This document shows positions 44,219-62,782 of a DNA stretch of 64,000 nt, one piece after another (position 1 is the stretch's first letter; each line of letters begins with the position of its first letter). Source of the stretch: the human T2T-CHM13v2.0 reference genome, Homo sapiens; the NCBI RefSeq assembly GCF_009914755.1, contig NC_060930.1; one strand, written 5' to 3'. Position numbers and translations under genes: made by a program. Under the pieces are notes generated by a model. The model did no database searches. It saw only the letters and a program-made list of their open reading frames with translations, and had not been told where the DNA came from.

Positions 44219-44461
44219 TTTTGTTAACCCCTTAGCTGCTATATCCACTGTGGACAAGTCTTGTACTGGAAAAGTTTCCTGAAGTCTTAAAATTTACAAC
44301 CACACAAAGCAACGCGGAAACCTCCAATTGTTTCTAGTTAAAATATAAAAAAGAAATCAGAGAATATTGGAGACGATTAGGGAAATTTGCATATGCGCTT
44401 TATTTAAAATTGTATTTTTCTGGGTGTCGCATAAGAAGTGTGGGCAATTAGAAAAATGCTC

Positions 44462-44618
44462 TTAGCCGGGCGTGGCGGCTCTCGCCTGTAATCCCAGCTA
44501 CTCAGAAGGCTGTCAAGAGGATCGCTTGAGCCCGAGTTCGAGGTTACAGTGAGCTGTTATCACGCCGCTGCACTCCAGCTTGGGCGAGAGGGAGACTCCA
44601 CCCCAAAACAAAGCAAAA
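44462..44618 (+). mobile_element. Alu monomer (FRAM-like)
   Basis: TTAGCCGGGCGTGG...GCACTCCAGC. Confidence 0.8.
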
Positions 44619-45026
44619 CATCCCCAAACTGGAAAAAAGCTCATTTTGGGAAATACATACTCAAATGTTCAGTGGTAATGTGTGTGCTCTCAATTGTGTA
44701 TGCCATTAATTGCTACAGCAAATGGTATGACATATTCAAACTTGTGTGGGGCATGCGGGTTTTAACACTTCCATTCAAGATAGTTAGGAATGCACTCATG
44801 GGTATAATTTCCTTCCTCTAAAATGTAGTAACTGCTGTGTGTGAAACTTAACGCGAATCACCCCTGTAAACATGTTTTGTGCTGCATGGCACTTCTCCCA
44901 CATACCTAGAATTCCTGAGGTTTCTATGGATCTAATTTCTGCAGGACAAATTACTAAAAGTGCCACACTCAAAGCCATTAAAAACACCTCAAAAACATCT
45001 TTATGGGCGGCATAATCCAAAGCACA

Positions 45027-45069
45027 ACAGCTCATTTAATGGAAGTCGTAGGTGGCTCTGAAAAGAGCC
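45027..45069 (-). terminator. H2AC4 stem-loop and HDE
   Basis: GGCTCTTTTCAGAGCC at 45054-45069 (minus); AAATGAGCTGT downstream. Confidence 0.95.
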
Positions 45070-45131
45070 TTTGCTGTTAGGCTGATTTTGTCTGCTGACA
45101 GAAAAACAGCAGTGCATGAAGCGTTAACTCT

Positions 45132-45578
<447 letters not shown>

Positions 45579-45599
45579 TTAGAACGCAAGGCAGAGAAG

Positions 45600-45800
45600 T
45601 ATTTATACTGACTGGAGGTAGGCTGTGAGGAATTCTCCCATTGGCTAATGTCAAATACCCAATGGGAAATCAGAATCTGCATCCTTCATTTGCATGTAAT
45701 CCTTCCGTCTGGTGTAAGGTTTATGTTTGACCCAATCCCCAGTCTGGCTTGACGAGCCTTCGACTTGAATACTAATAATAATTGGCCGAATTAGGATTTT
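45600..45800 (-). promoter_or_regulatory. H2AC4 promoter (no H2B partner)
   Basis: TATAAATA at 45600-45607, several CCAAT boxes, octamer at 45688-45695. Confidence 0.88.
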
Positions 45801-45951
45801 GTCAAAATACCTTTTTTAAGCATGAGTGGAGGTTTTGTTCTGGTTATTTTGACTTTCAGCCGCTCGTGCTTTTCCCGGATTGTGACTCATGTTTTTGGAA
45901 AGGAGTGGACTCCGACCAATTTCTAAATAGATATTTAAGAGGTCCTTCAAA

Positions 45952-46264
45952 TCGGGCGCAGTGGCTCATGCCCGTAATACCAGCACTTTGGGAGGCCGAG
46001 GACGGCGGGTCAGGCGTTCGAGACCAGCGTGGACAACATGGAGAAACCCTGTCTCCAGTAAAATAACCAAAAAAGAAACGGGGGAGAAAAAGAAAAAAAA
46101 AAGCCGGGCTTGGTAGTGCACGCCTGTAGTTCCAGTTACTCGAGAAGCTGAGGTGGGAGGATCGCTTGAACCCGAGAGGAGGAGGTTGCAGTGAGTTCAC
46201 ATAGAGCCACCACACTCCAGCGTGGGCGACAGAGCCAGAAGACTGTGTCTCAAAGACAAAAAAA
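45952..46264 (+). mobile_element. AluJ
   Basis: Alu dimer. Confidence 0.85.
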
Positions 46265-47399
46265 GGGGAGGGGGAGTGGGAGGGAAGAAAAGCGAATACC
46301 CCAAATCCCAGTGAACTGTAGAAGCTTATAAGCTCTCTTGATTCATAAGGGAGAAAGAAGGGGGATGTAGGCAACTTAGGGGAGAGTATATGATTTTGGA
46401 GAAAAATAAATGGGTGTTTCAAAGAATAGGTGACAGCTGTGACAAAGTCTGTTTAGATGGTGTTAACCACCAGTCTCCTCTCCTGTGATACAGTTAATCT
46501 TCTCTGGTTGATGAGATTCCCCAGGGAAGTGAATCTTAACAACTAAATTCCTTTTTGAATTTTTTTTTAATTTTCAAATTTTTGATTAGAGTTCAGCGAA
46601 AGCCCTTCCTTGAATTTACTGTTTCCTAGGTGCCCTCAGTTCAAAGAAATCAGCGTAACAAAGTGGCACATTTTTGAGTTGCATTTCCTGAACTTTTTCA
46701 CAACACTGAATGAGGAGTCTCTGGAATCTTTCAGGAAATGAGAGAACAAACATTCCATAACACAGAAATACTCAAAATGGGATTATGATTATAAAAGTGT
46801 TTCACTGACCACCTTCTGCCTTCCTGTCTGTAAGTCCCATTCTCCCCAAAGTCTAGCCATAGAAACCAGAATTCCTCCTCAAGGTAGGCCATACAAACCA
46901 GAACTCCTTTTCCCTAGAACCAGCCATAAAACCTAAAAATATTACTCTAACCTACCTTGTTTGCCTGTAGGTCATAAGACCCCCCATTCTAAAAGAGAGT
47001 CTTGTCCTATAACCAGAAGGAAGAAATGCTGCACTGAGAGGTCAAGAAGAATCTTGACAGACAAGCCTTGCGGGGCTTCCCCACTCAGTCTGTTAGCATT
47101 AGATCGTACCCTATACAGCTGTTTATCTTGTTGAACCTAAGCATAAAAATGGGCAATTTCCCCTGTATCTTTCAGTCTTAATTCTAAAATCTCCTGTAAA
47201 ATTGTGATGAAATAAATATATATGCCTTTTCTCCAGTTAATCTGTGTTTTGCCAGTAATTTTCCATAAACCTTGGGAGGGCAAAGGGGAAGTTTTTCCTT
47301 GGCCGGGACAATATTATTACAGCCATTGTCTGGCTCTCCTGTTGAGGAACCTAAAATCAAGACAGATTGCCTAGGGAAATCTTGGTGTTTTTCCTTTTA

Positions 47400-47855
<456 letters not shown>

Positions 47856-49301
47856 TCTGCTTCTAAGCCAACGCTGTCACAGAACTATGGATTTGATTCA
47901 GAGAAACTGTCAGGAGACTAAAAGTGCTCATTTTTAGTTTGTTTTTTGCCTTCTCCCAAGTCTTCTGACTCTAGTGTTATCTTTCCCTTCACAATATTCA
48001 ACTTCCCTTTTCAAAATTATAATGATCTTCACCCTCAACAATAGCCGTAAACATCAGTAATCACTGGCTCATTTTCTTTGAAAAGGTACAAGATTCATGA
48101 TGGAGATGTTAAAAAGTTATCTCAGATAGTGCCCTGAAGAGATTATACTCAGAGAAGGGAGGACTTACGTACATGAAGATTAAATAGCAGTGCACGTTCT
48201 GCATACAAAATAAAGATTTTGAGCAATAAATCATACAAAAGCACATGGAAAAGAAGATTGATCAATGTAAATTAGAAGGATTTAGAGAGTTCATGAGGGA
48301 GATGTATATCCAGCATTATTAGTTCAGCATATATTTACTGAAAACCTGCTAAGTGCCAGAGAGTGTTCTAGGTGCAGGGAGCATAGCAGTGAAAAAGCAG
48401 ACAACCTGTTTCCTTACGGTGCTACTTGTCTTGTAGTGGGAGGTGCACAATAAGGTAAATACATAATGAAAATGTAGAGATAAGTGATGAGTGCTGTGGA
48501 GAAAAATAAAGAAAGGGGATAAGAAAAAAGAATAGAAATAAGGATGGAAAGTTTCATCAGGAGAATGTCATTTGAATTCAGACCTGAAGGCAAGGAAGAA
48601 GCCAGCCAAGTAGGAAGGATAAATACTTCGATAAAATGCTGGATGTGTTTGAAGTCCAGAAAATGTCAGGAACCGTGGTTCAGAAAGTACAGCTATTCTA
48701 ACTTCCTAAACAAATCGTAGACCATTTTGGAAAGAGCCTTGGATATGTACAGGGCTAGATAAAATTGAAACCAAGATTAAGGGTAGCTTCAAAAACTCAG
48801 ACTAGAAAGCAGGAGTACATCCAGTCACAATATCAGTAATCTATACTCCACTGAGCCATGGATGAGAAAAACTCTTCTTCTCATCCAAGTTACCTTGAAT
48901 TAAGCAAACCAACAAGCGCCTGGCATGTACTATTAGCAAAACAACTTGATGGCAATCCTTTCAGTAAGTGCTTCAAAAACAGTAAATTCTAGGCACTTGC
49001 CTTCAAAAAACATACAAAAGGCAGATATTGGGGAGGGAAATATTGGGGGTTATTTATTCCATATAAATATAAGAGGAAAATAAGTTGTTTCCCAATAACA
49101 ACTCCAACACCAGGAGCAGAGAAAGTAAGACAATCTATGCCTCGTGGTTTGCGAAAACAATAAAAAAAATCTGTTAATTGCATAATACAATTCACCCTTG
49201 AACACGCTCCAAATCAGTGCCCACTAGCTACAAGTAGCTACTGTGAAGTTGAAAAAGGGTACTTCAGATTGAGCTATTCTGTAAATATGAAATAGACTTA
49301 G

Positions 49302-49711
49302 TGTGTTAGTTCGTTCTTGCATTACTATAAGGGAATCCCTGAAACTGACTAATTTATAAAGAAAAGTAATTTTTTTTGGCTCACGGTTGTGCAGGCTGTA
49401 CAGGAGGTGTGGTGCAGGCATCTGCTACTGGCAAGTCCTCAGGAAACTTCCAATCATGGTGGAAGGTGAAGAGGGAGTAGGCATATCATATGGTGAGAGC
49501 TGAGCGAGAGAGATGGGGGAGGTGTCACACTCTTTTAAAGAACCAGATCTCTTGTGAACTCAAAGTGAGAACCCATTGATTACCCTGAAGAGTGCGCTTC
49601 ATGAGGGGTTCACCCTCACGATCCAAAAACCTTTCACCAGGCTTCACTTCCAACATTGGAGATTACATTTCAACATGAGATTTAGAGGGGACAAATATCC
49701 AAACCATATCA
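49302..49711. mobile_element. MSTA-like MaLR LTR nested in a MER33-like DNA transposon
   Basis: TGTGTTAGTTCGTTCTTGC...ATCCAAACCATATCA with 5-bp TSD CTTAG. Confidence 0.75.
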
Positions 49712-50643
49712 CTTAGTATGAAGAAAGAATGTAAAACATCTGACTAATAATTATGCATATTGAATACATGTTATAATGACATTTTGACTACAAAAGTTAA
49801 CGAAAATATACTATTGAAGATACTCAAAAATTTAAAAATACATATATAATTTGTAGTACATTTGTACTGGGCAGAGGAACCTCTAACAATGTTCCAAATG
49901 TGGCCTGTGTATGTGTATGATGTAGGAGGGATCAGTCATGTAAGATGATCATAATATAGTTACTTAGTCCATTTTGTGATACTATAACAGAATACCACAG
50001 ACTGGCTAACTTTTAAAGAAAAGAAATTTATTTCCTACTGTTCTAGAACCTGGGAAGCTAAGGGCATGGAATTAGTATCTGGTGAGGGCCTTCTTACTGC
50101 ATCATAACATGTTGAGAGAGCAAGGGTATGTGTGTCAGCTCAGGTGTCTCTTCCTTTTCTTATAAGGCCACCAGTCTAAAGGAAATCAAAATATTTTACC
50201 CCAAAATATATTTCTTTGACATATTTTGAAATGGCTGCTGCTTGGCCAGCAGGCAGAAATGGGCTTGCAAAGCTGCCTTAAATGGGAAAAATTTTACATC
50301 TGTAGAGAATCTCCATTAATGCAGCCATGCCTCCTCACCTTTCTATACCTTTCCCCAGATCCAGGAGAGACTGAGAGTCTGACACTTAAAAATCATAAAA
50401 GAAACATTTACCATCTGTTCTTTCTGAGGGAGGCTTCACCTACCTAACAAGGCCACCTTTGCAAGCCAAACCTCTTTTGCCTCCCATAACCTGTTTTACC
50501 AGAATCTAAGCCCCAATTCTTTCTGTGATCTAAAAATGGTATATAAGCATCTATAACTCATTGGGAAGTTAGGTAATTAATTCTGAATGCTCCCACATAG
50601 ACACGTTAAACAATAGGTAAAATGCCTTTTCACCTATTAATCA

Positions 50644-51117
<474 letters not shown>

Positions 51118-52273
51118 TCAAATATAAACATAACGCAGGTTGAAATTAAAGGCTGCAAAAAAGATAAGCCATATAAACATCAGCCCAAAACTGCAAGAGT
51201 ATCTGTATTAATAATATCTGGGATCTGAAAGACCAAAATAGATGCCCCTATACCAACTAAGACAGACTCTAAGATTAAGCAAACAAAGTTACCTACTGGT
51301 AGAGCATTCATGGCTTGGCTGGCATGGCAAATTCCTAAATTCCAAAGACTACCAAAAAACTCACACTTGCTAAATTCCTTAACTATAGGAGCTATCAGAA
51401 GCCCTCCTAACTCTGATTTACAGTCCAGTCCACTACAACTCTGATTGGACAGAGGACCGCCTTGACACACATTCTATTCTTACACGTAATTGTAGACCTT
51501 AAGCCATTTTCAGCCAGCTGCTAGAGGCAGCACGTAAACTTTGTTCCTATAGTTCACCTTGTGATGTAAAGACCTAAATTCTACCTCATTTTAACCAAAA
51601 TTTAACCTCGAAGTGAACATGGGAGGTATATTACACGTGTTTATCCATTGTGAATGCACTTGGCACCCCTCATAATATATATAGCTGTCCCCCCAAACGT
51701 GCTAAATATGTATGACTCTATTGTGTAATATATAGCCTATGAGGCATAAAAATAACCAACCTGCTCCTTCTCCCCAAAGAGAGAGTAATTTTGGCAGGTT
51801 CTGGGACCATCTCTTCCTGGCTTGCAAATTAGTATTGCCAGTAAATCTCTCCTTTCTACTCTTTAGCCATCCTGGTGGTCTTTTGGATGATATATCAGAT
51901 AAGTATATTTCAGAGCAAAGAAAATTACTAGGAACAGACAGGGATATTACATAATGATAACAGGGTCAATCCAATACGAAAAACAAGCAATTCTAAATGT
52001 ATATGCACCAAATAACAGAACTGCAAAATATGTGTAGCAAAACCTGATAGAACCGAAAGGAGAAATAGACACATACATGATTTAAAGGTAGAGATTTCAA
52101 CACCCCTTCCCCAATAATTGATAGAACAACGAAACAAAAAAATTACCAGGTGTATAGAACTCAGTAAGTGACTGTATTACTTGTTTTGATCTGTAAAACA
52201 ATGATAATAATAGTACTCACACTTCATTGAGTTTTGGTGAAGATTGAATGAATTTATACTTATAAAGAATTTA

Positions 52274-52603
<330 letters not shown>

Positions 52604-53362
52604 TCATAAGCCCTCAAACTTAATAATCTTTTAATACATGGAGCTATCTATTTAAAATAATGTACATAAGGCAACATCCCAAAAGAAAATGGGCAAGAAT
52701 CATGAGTAATCAAACCATAATAGAAGAAATGTTATTATCAAAATGTGCAGTCTCAAACAATAATTGTCTTAAAAATAAAAACAACAATGAGATTTAATTG
52801 TTCATGTCGGCAATTTGAACAGACTAACACACCCACTGTTCAAGAGCATTTGTGGAAGTCAGGAAAAAACACCCTGTTGGTGAGAGTGTAAACAGACCTT
52901 CAGGAGGCAACTTGGTAACATGTATTAAAAATCAAAATATGTATATCAATGGATGCATGATTCCTATCTCTATTTTTGCCCTTACAGCAATCTTGTGTGT
53001 AGAGAAATACTGAAAAGCATTTTCATGGTAACATGGTTTAAATTTTTAAAAAGCGAAGGTCAGTGAATAAAGGGCAATTATCTACTTCCCTACAATGAAA
53101 TGCAGTAATGAAAATAATCATTAGAATCTCTTTTATTAATTTAAAAGGATACTAGAAAAGTGAAATACAATCTCACTTATAGAAGATTTACATATTGGTT
53201 TGCATAGACTTGCACAAGATAAAATTTCTGTAAGATTGGTCACCAAAATGTCCTGAATGATAACATTACAATTAATGTTTATATTGTAGGGGAAAAGAAA
53301 ATTCTGTTTTTCTCACCCATCAGTAAGTTCATGCTTGAGGCCCCTCTACAAAAAGACAGATT

Positions 53363-53761
<399 letters not shown>

Positions 53762-54069
53762 TTATGGCAAGTTTTGTGAAATGCATAGTTGTGGATTAAT
53801 ATGATTGACAGTAGGCATATGATCTAATGGTAATAAACTGAGGGGGACATAGCAAGGCTTGTTTGTTAATTACCTATTAACGATCAGCCGAGTATCAGCA
53901 GAGACAGCAAAACATCCTAGTTTTGAGTTAGAAGACCTAGGTTTTTGTTTTGGCTTATCAATTATGGGAATTGTTTTAGATGAAACATCAAGTATTCTTG
54001 ATTTCTTATTTCAAAAATAAAAAATAAAAAATAAAGGAAGGAAAAAAGAAGAAAAAAAGAGAAGAAAAG

Positions 54070-54671
54070 TGTCAGAGTTACTTGAACCAGAGTAACTCCA
54101 TTTTGAGTGAGGGCTAGGAAAATGAGGCTGAGACTTTCTGGGCTGCATTCCCAGAAAGTCAGTCATTCCTAGCTTCTAGATGTTTACGGTTAAGGGAACA
54201 AATAAATAATGTTTACTAAACAGACTCAGACTTAGGAGTGTCCAGATATCCCTATATCTGGAGAACAAAGGCATTCTTAATTTTGTTTAAAGATAATAAT
54301 GTTGATTCTTGCAAAATATAGTAACTAAGAAAATTAATCCTTTATCACAAACTTGTAGCAGAGCACATCTCCCCATATATACAAGTATTGTACCTAGGGT
54401 GGATGCCTTCCTCCTCTTACTTTCGGGAATGTCCTGCTCTGTCTATGGAGTAGTTGTCGTTTCACCACTTTACTTTCTTAGTAAACTTGCATTTACTTTG
54501 CACTGCGGACTCACCCTGAACTCTTTCTTGCGCGGGATCCAAGAACCCTCTCTTGGGGTCTGGATGGGGACCTCTTTCCTGTAACATATTTCTGGCCACC
54601 ACAGAAGGGACTATAGTACAGAAACCCTGACCCAACAGCTACCTTTGGGTAAGTGTTGGAGTTCTGTAACA
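54070..54671 (+). mobile_element. MER41-family ERV1 LTR with 3' extension
   Basis: TGTCAGAG...GAACCAGAG start; CAAGAACCCTCTCTTGGGGTCTGG...TGTAACA end at 54586; then a PBS-like segment and a second TGTAACA. Confidence 0.8.
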
Positions 54672-54704
54672 AAGGAAGAAGGCAGGCAGGCAAAAAATTT
54701 ATGA

Positions 54705-56247
<1,543 letters not shown>

Positions 56248-57132
56248 AAGAACTGTTTGAGAAACTTTATTTCTTCATCCAAAGACACTGCTGTATGTCA
56301 CCTACATATAATGCCCATAAATTCGCTGAAAATACTCCCCTCCGATTCCCCCACCCCCTCCTGCTTACTGTGCAGTCAACAAGTGTCTTTTCTTCTTGCA
56401 TTTCTTCCCCCAGCCCCAGCCCCAGAATTGGCCCATTGAGTCCTCCTCCTCAACTAGTGCTCTTCCTGCCTTTTTTTTTTTTTTTTTTTAGCTATATTGT
56501 TTTTGGCGTCCTGGACTTCTCGAAAAAGATTTCCCTCTCCAAGTGGGGCCCTCCTAGTAAGCTTTGCAGTGGCGCCAGATGGGGAAGGGCACAAAATCCA
56601 AACCCTTTTGTATCTCGCAGAGCTGGAAATCAGAACGTTAAGTGGCTTAGGAAATGGGAATCTGGATTTCTGGGATGCATGAAATATGTAAACTACATAG
56701 CTGTTGTCATTGATAAACAATTATAACTCAAAACTACTGCGATTTCATTTTGTGGAGCGGGAAATATTCCGTATAAAGGCGCCCGGGAAATCAGACTTCG
56801 CTTATTGTTTCCTCAATACTTGAAGTAAGAATTTACAGCATAGGCAAGCTGCAGGAGCAAATATCCCTACATGCCCTTTTGTCGCTTAGACTTTTCTGCT
56901 CCCCTCCCCCGCATCTCACAAGAAGTTAACGGCTAATGACCCCCACAGGAACACTATACCCTGAATTCCATTACCTGCTTCATTATCCAGAAAGGGAAGT
57001 TTCCTGTACTAGACCAGGGAGGGAGTAGTGACCTTATCAAAGGAATTATACATAGTACCCGAAGGCTTACCCAGGGGGAACAAAGAAGTTTGCTAAGACA
57101 GATGAGAAAGAGCGCCATCACGACCGTCTATC

Positions 57133-57263
57133 ATTTGTATTTTAGTAGAGACGGGCTTTCGCCATGTTGGCCGGGCTAGTCTCGAACTCCCGACCTCAAG
57201 TGATCCGCCCGCCTCGGCCTCCCAAATTGCCGGGATTAAAGGCAAGAGGCACCGCGCACGGCC
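57133..57263 (-). mobile_element. Alu left-arm fragment
   Basis: TTTGTATTTTAGTAGAGACGGG...CCTCCCAAA. Confidence 0.85.
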
Positions 57264-57370
57264 CCGTCCAAGTTAACCTTGGCTCTAAAACTTGTCTTCG
57301 CTAACATTCCAGTTGATCCTCTAGAACTTAAACAGAATAGCAGCAGCACCACCTTAAGAAATTGTGGTTA

Positions 57371-57411
57371 TAGCTCTCCTTGTGACAAAGTAGGTGGCTC
57401 TGAAAAGAGCC
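57371..57411 (-). terminator. H2BC3 stem-loop and HDE
   Basis: GGCTCTTTTCAGAGCC at 57396-57411 (minus); AGGAGAGCTA downstream. Confidence 0.95.
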
Positions 57412-57440
57412 TTTGGGTTTGGAAGTGCTTACATAAGCAC

Positions 57441-57863
<423 letters not shown>

Positions 57864-57899
57864 CTACAGAGTAGTACAGAGAACAGTTCAGAGCCCATG

Positions 57900-58093
57900 T
57901 ATTTATAGTCCTGAGATTCAAATGACGGTTTAAGATTCCTCACTTCTGATTGGACAAAAGAAACACGGTTTCACTGAGGGGTGGGGTTTATGCAAATATG
58001 GAATTTATGTTATCTTTTTCTATTGGATAAAGCACCAAACATAATTGACCAATAGGATAGCTTCCTATTGCAGCCTTGCAGTTTGTATAAAAG
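57900..58093. promoter_or_regulatory. Bidirectional H2BC3/H2AC5P promoter
   Basis: Divergent TATA boxes at 57900-57907 and 58086-58093, variant octamer at 57916-57923, perfect octamer at 57990-57997, CCAAT boxes. Confidence 0.9.
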
Positions 58094-58159
58094 GATTTGT
58101 TCAGGCGCCATTCCAGCTTGCTTGTCTTTCACAGTTTTCCGCTGCTTTCATAGGTCGCT

Positions 58160-58521
58160 ATTTGCGGACGTGGAAAATGGAGCTAAAGCAAAAACTTGTT
58201 CGTCGCTACCGGGCTTGCAGTTCCCAATAGGGCAGAGTCCGTCATCTTTTTCGAAAGGGCAATTATTTTGAGCCGGTCGGAGCCGGTGCGCCAGTGTACT
58301 TACAGTACCTGGCCGCCGAGATCTTAGAACTGGTGGGCAGCGCCATACGTGACAAGACCCGCAGCATCATCCCCCGCCACCTGCAGCTGGCCATCCGAAA
58401 CGACGAGGAGGTCAACAAGCAGCTGGGCAACGTCACTATTGCTCAGGGAGGCGTCCTGTCCAATATTCAGGCCGTCCTGTTGCCAAAATAACAGAGCCAC
58501 GATAAGGCCAAGGTCAAGTAA
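58160..58521 (+). pseudogene. H2AC5P: Unprocessed H2A pseudogene, divergent partner of H2BC3
   Basis: Start codon ATG>ATT at 58160. N-tail deletion, frameshifts, loss of AAVL, premature TAA at 58489-58491. Clear H2A peptides remain ([37 protein letters not shown]). Damaged stem-loop at 58558-58573. Confidence 0.93.
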
Positions 58522-58644
58522 ACACTCAAATCAGAAAACGTAGCTTACACTTGAAACGGCATTTTTCAGAGCCGTCCATAGTTACACAAGAAAGGATGAT
58601 AACTTGCTTCTGTTAGGGTATTTTTTGCTTTTCGTTTGGATTGG

Positions 58645-58932
58645 TTTGTTTTGAGACAGTCTAGCTCTGTCACCCAGGCTGGAGTGCAGCGGCGCGATAT
58701 CGGCTTACTGCAACCTCCACCCCGCCGCTTCACGCGGTTCTCATGCCACAGCCTCCTGTGTACTTGGGATTACAGGCGTCTGCTACCGCGCCCAGCTAGT
58801 TTTTGTATTTTTATGCGAGACGGGGTTTCACCATTTTAGCCAGGGTTGTCTTGAACTCCTGGCCTCTAGTGATCGTCCCATCTCGCCCTCCCAAAATGCT
58901 GGGATTACAGGCGTGAGCCACCGCCCCCCTAG
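58645..58932 (-). mobile_element. Alu (S-like)
   Basis: Diverged, CpG-rich Alu dimer. Confidence 0.87.
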
Positions 58933-59370
58933 CCTAATGGTGTTAAAAAGTTAAGTTTCGAGAAAATAACACCTTCCTTTAGAAAGTACATTTTAGAGTA
59001 TACAAAGTGAAACTTAAGGCCAACCAAAATAAGACATTTTGAGAACAGGCAGGGTGGGAATGTGACTTGGACTTAGAAAACAAAGGGCAAGGAAACTTGC
59101 TGTTCGCCAGTAACAAAATAGCATGGAATCTCATTCTCTGAATATAAGCGTTATTTCCCGACATGAGTCTGAACGTTTCTGGTGGTTTAGTGAGTGTTCA
59201 CCAGCATTGATAACTTGCGAGACTGTCAGGAATGCAGAATTTCAAGTCCCACTCAAACTTACTGAATCGGAATTTACATTTTAAAAATCCTTAGATACCT
59301 TGTTATACACTCTGTTCTTTGGGACTGGATGAACTAGAATTTTAGACAATTTGTCGCTGCAGATAACTGA

Positions 59371-59985
<615 letters not shown>

Positions 59986-60012
59986 GTCTGCCCGTTTCTT
60001 CCTCATTGAAAA

Positions 60013-60059
60013 GGCTCTTTTCAGAGCCACTCACAATTTCACTTAAAAACAGTTGTAAC
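60013..60059 (+). terminator. H3C3 stem-loop and HDE
   Basis: GGCTCTTTTCAGAGCC at 60013-60028; AAAAACAGTTGTAAC is U7-complementary with one core mismatch. Confidence 0.94.
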
Positions 60060-61319
60060 CCATTCGGTTGTCTATGTTAGTTTCCAGGAGATATAAAGGT
60101 GATAACTACACACAAGTTTTGTAACTGCAGACAAGTCTATCAGGCCTTTTCAACCGGTTTTACTGCGAGAAAACAAGCTGAGTTACTGTTTTGCCCTTGT
60201 TAAAAAATTCCTAGGGGTCTTTTTAGCATGTATATGTGTAAATACTTACATATTGAAAGGCTCCTGGGGACACCACCGTCACTCCTTTTAATCCACGTGA
60301 CAATTTTAGTTCTGATGGCAGTATTATTAAAGCTATCATAAAGACAATGTGTGTGTAGTTACCTAAGTCCACAAAAACAATAGCTGACCCCAAAATTCAG
60401 TATTGGTTTTGGGCTGCTGGAGGTGGAGTCAGAGCTCAGGTGGAAGAAACTGGCCTCAGTACACACTGCCAAAAGTCCACTAAATAGATTTATGTAACAA
60501 ATACACAAGACTTGCGTATGACCATCCAAAGATTATGCGGTCATCCTTATCCAGGGAATTTGAGAATGAAGGGTGGCAACTGCAAAGCTCTTTTACCCAT
60601 GTCCTCTTTTAATAAATATTTAAAAATATTCAAATGCTGATTTCATCCATTTTCTAAATATATTAGTATACTTAACTGAGGGGGTAGATCAAGGTTTTCT
60701 GGGGATCAAACCTTTTACAACTTGTTAACTATTAAAAGCTATAATGTAAAATTAAAAATGCAAAAGTACTGCAGACTGTAAATATAAATTTATAATGGGA
60801 AAATAAAATCAAATTCCAATTTTATAAAAGCTGACAAAACAACAGCCATCACAAAATTCAGAAAATAGCATATTTTATTAACTTCTGAATATGACACTAC
60901 CAAGTATATTTTCCTGTAGTTTTGACTGAATACTCTGATTCCATCTTCAGATCGAAATTATTTTGTAATGTTGTCTATAGGTAATGGAAATAGAATTCAA
61001 TCTTTCCTCCAGGGTGGCTGATGATAATATGTTTTCTTCATAACTTAGAAGTATTTCAGTTTCAAAACACATTATTGGTAATGTCAAGTAAGTTTTTAGG
61101 ATTGTTTTCAAATTTGGAAAATCCTCTGTTAAGCTCCTTTCACATGTAAGTTGTAAACTTTGTAAGAATTCTTTCCAGACTAGCTTCTGGCTCTATACGT
61201 TTCTACTCTCCACTAGACACTCACTCTCAGTGCTGGGAATGTGTTTTGAATACTTAGATGTCATAACATTTTATCTAGACCTGCATCTTGCCAGGAATTT
61301 AGGTGAGTTATTCCAGTGA

Positions 61320-61644
<325 letters not shown>

Positions 61645-62782
61645 TCCTTGAAGCCATTCTTACGTCAGATTGGCTGGCAACGAATGAAGTACACATGATC
61701 ACATATGCAAATCACGTAACTTATTATCCCCATACTAGATACATCTTCAACTAAACTTTCTCTTACTCAAATTCCAAATATTTTCATCAGGATTCTAACA
61801 TAATCAGACAATGGTGATTTTAATAAAAAGGAGGATTGAGTGAAAATAGCAGCCTGAACCATCCGTGATTAAAGTACCTTAATACTGCAAATTTTAAAAT
61901 CAGAGAGAGAGAGAGAGACAAACTAACACATTTGTAGGGCCCCTCTCTGCACCTTGGAAGTACAGGCCCTTACACTTGTGTTTCATTAGCTTCAGGATAA
62001 ATCTGCCCCAGATCACTGGCCAAATTTTACGTGGCCTTCTTCAGCATCCTACCACTCTATTCAAATACATCTCTGCAGGAGCACCCTGTGAGTTGAGAAT
62101 TACTGGTCTGGGATGACCACTGTTTGCATGATGCTTTGGATGGTGGTGCTGTTCTCAGAAGAAATACCAGAAGGAGAAAGGTTAGTCAGGAGAATATAAA
62201 GTCAACCTTAAGCAATTTGAACACTTCAGTGGTTAAGTGAGTTCCCTGGGACAACTCTGCAAGCTGTTTTAACTTTATTTGTATTGAATATTACCTTCTT
62301 TTAGAGAGGCCAACGTGTAGAAGGAAATAACAATGAAACAAAGGATTCATTAATAGTATAAACTATAAACTAACTGTCATTGATAGTCTTCCACGGGCCA
62401 AGTACCACATGAAGTGGTTGGTCTGAATTATTGTGTAAAATTCTTACTTCAGCATTGTAAGGCAAATTATCTCACTGTCTCCATTTTACAGAAGTGGAGG
62501 TTCAGCCTCAGGAATTTCACTAAATTCGCCAAATTCTTACTACCAGCAGATATCATTGCCAGGCAGTGTCACACTTTAATATCTTCTAATCAATAAGATA
62601 ACCCTAAAATTGATTATCATATATAATTTCCTTCTCATATATAGTTTCATACTATCATATATAGTTTCCTTTGTTTCAGAAATTGGAATCCCTCAGGGTG
62701 GATAAGGAGACATGGTGGTGTCCTGGCCTAAGTATTGTTGGAATCCTCTAGTCAGAGGCCTGATGTGAGGTGAAGTGGACAG

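Noticed and set aside
56757-56790. E2F-like GCGGGAAA plus TATAAAGG downstream of H2BC3
   Set aside because: No recognisable gene relic follows; the motifs alone are insufficient.
60043-60059. Apparently defective H3C3 HDE (AAACAG instead of AAGAG)
   Set aside because: Extended TGTAAC complementarity to the U7 5' end plausibly compensates.
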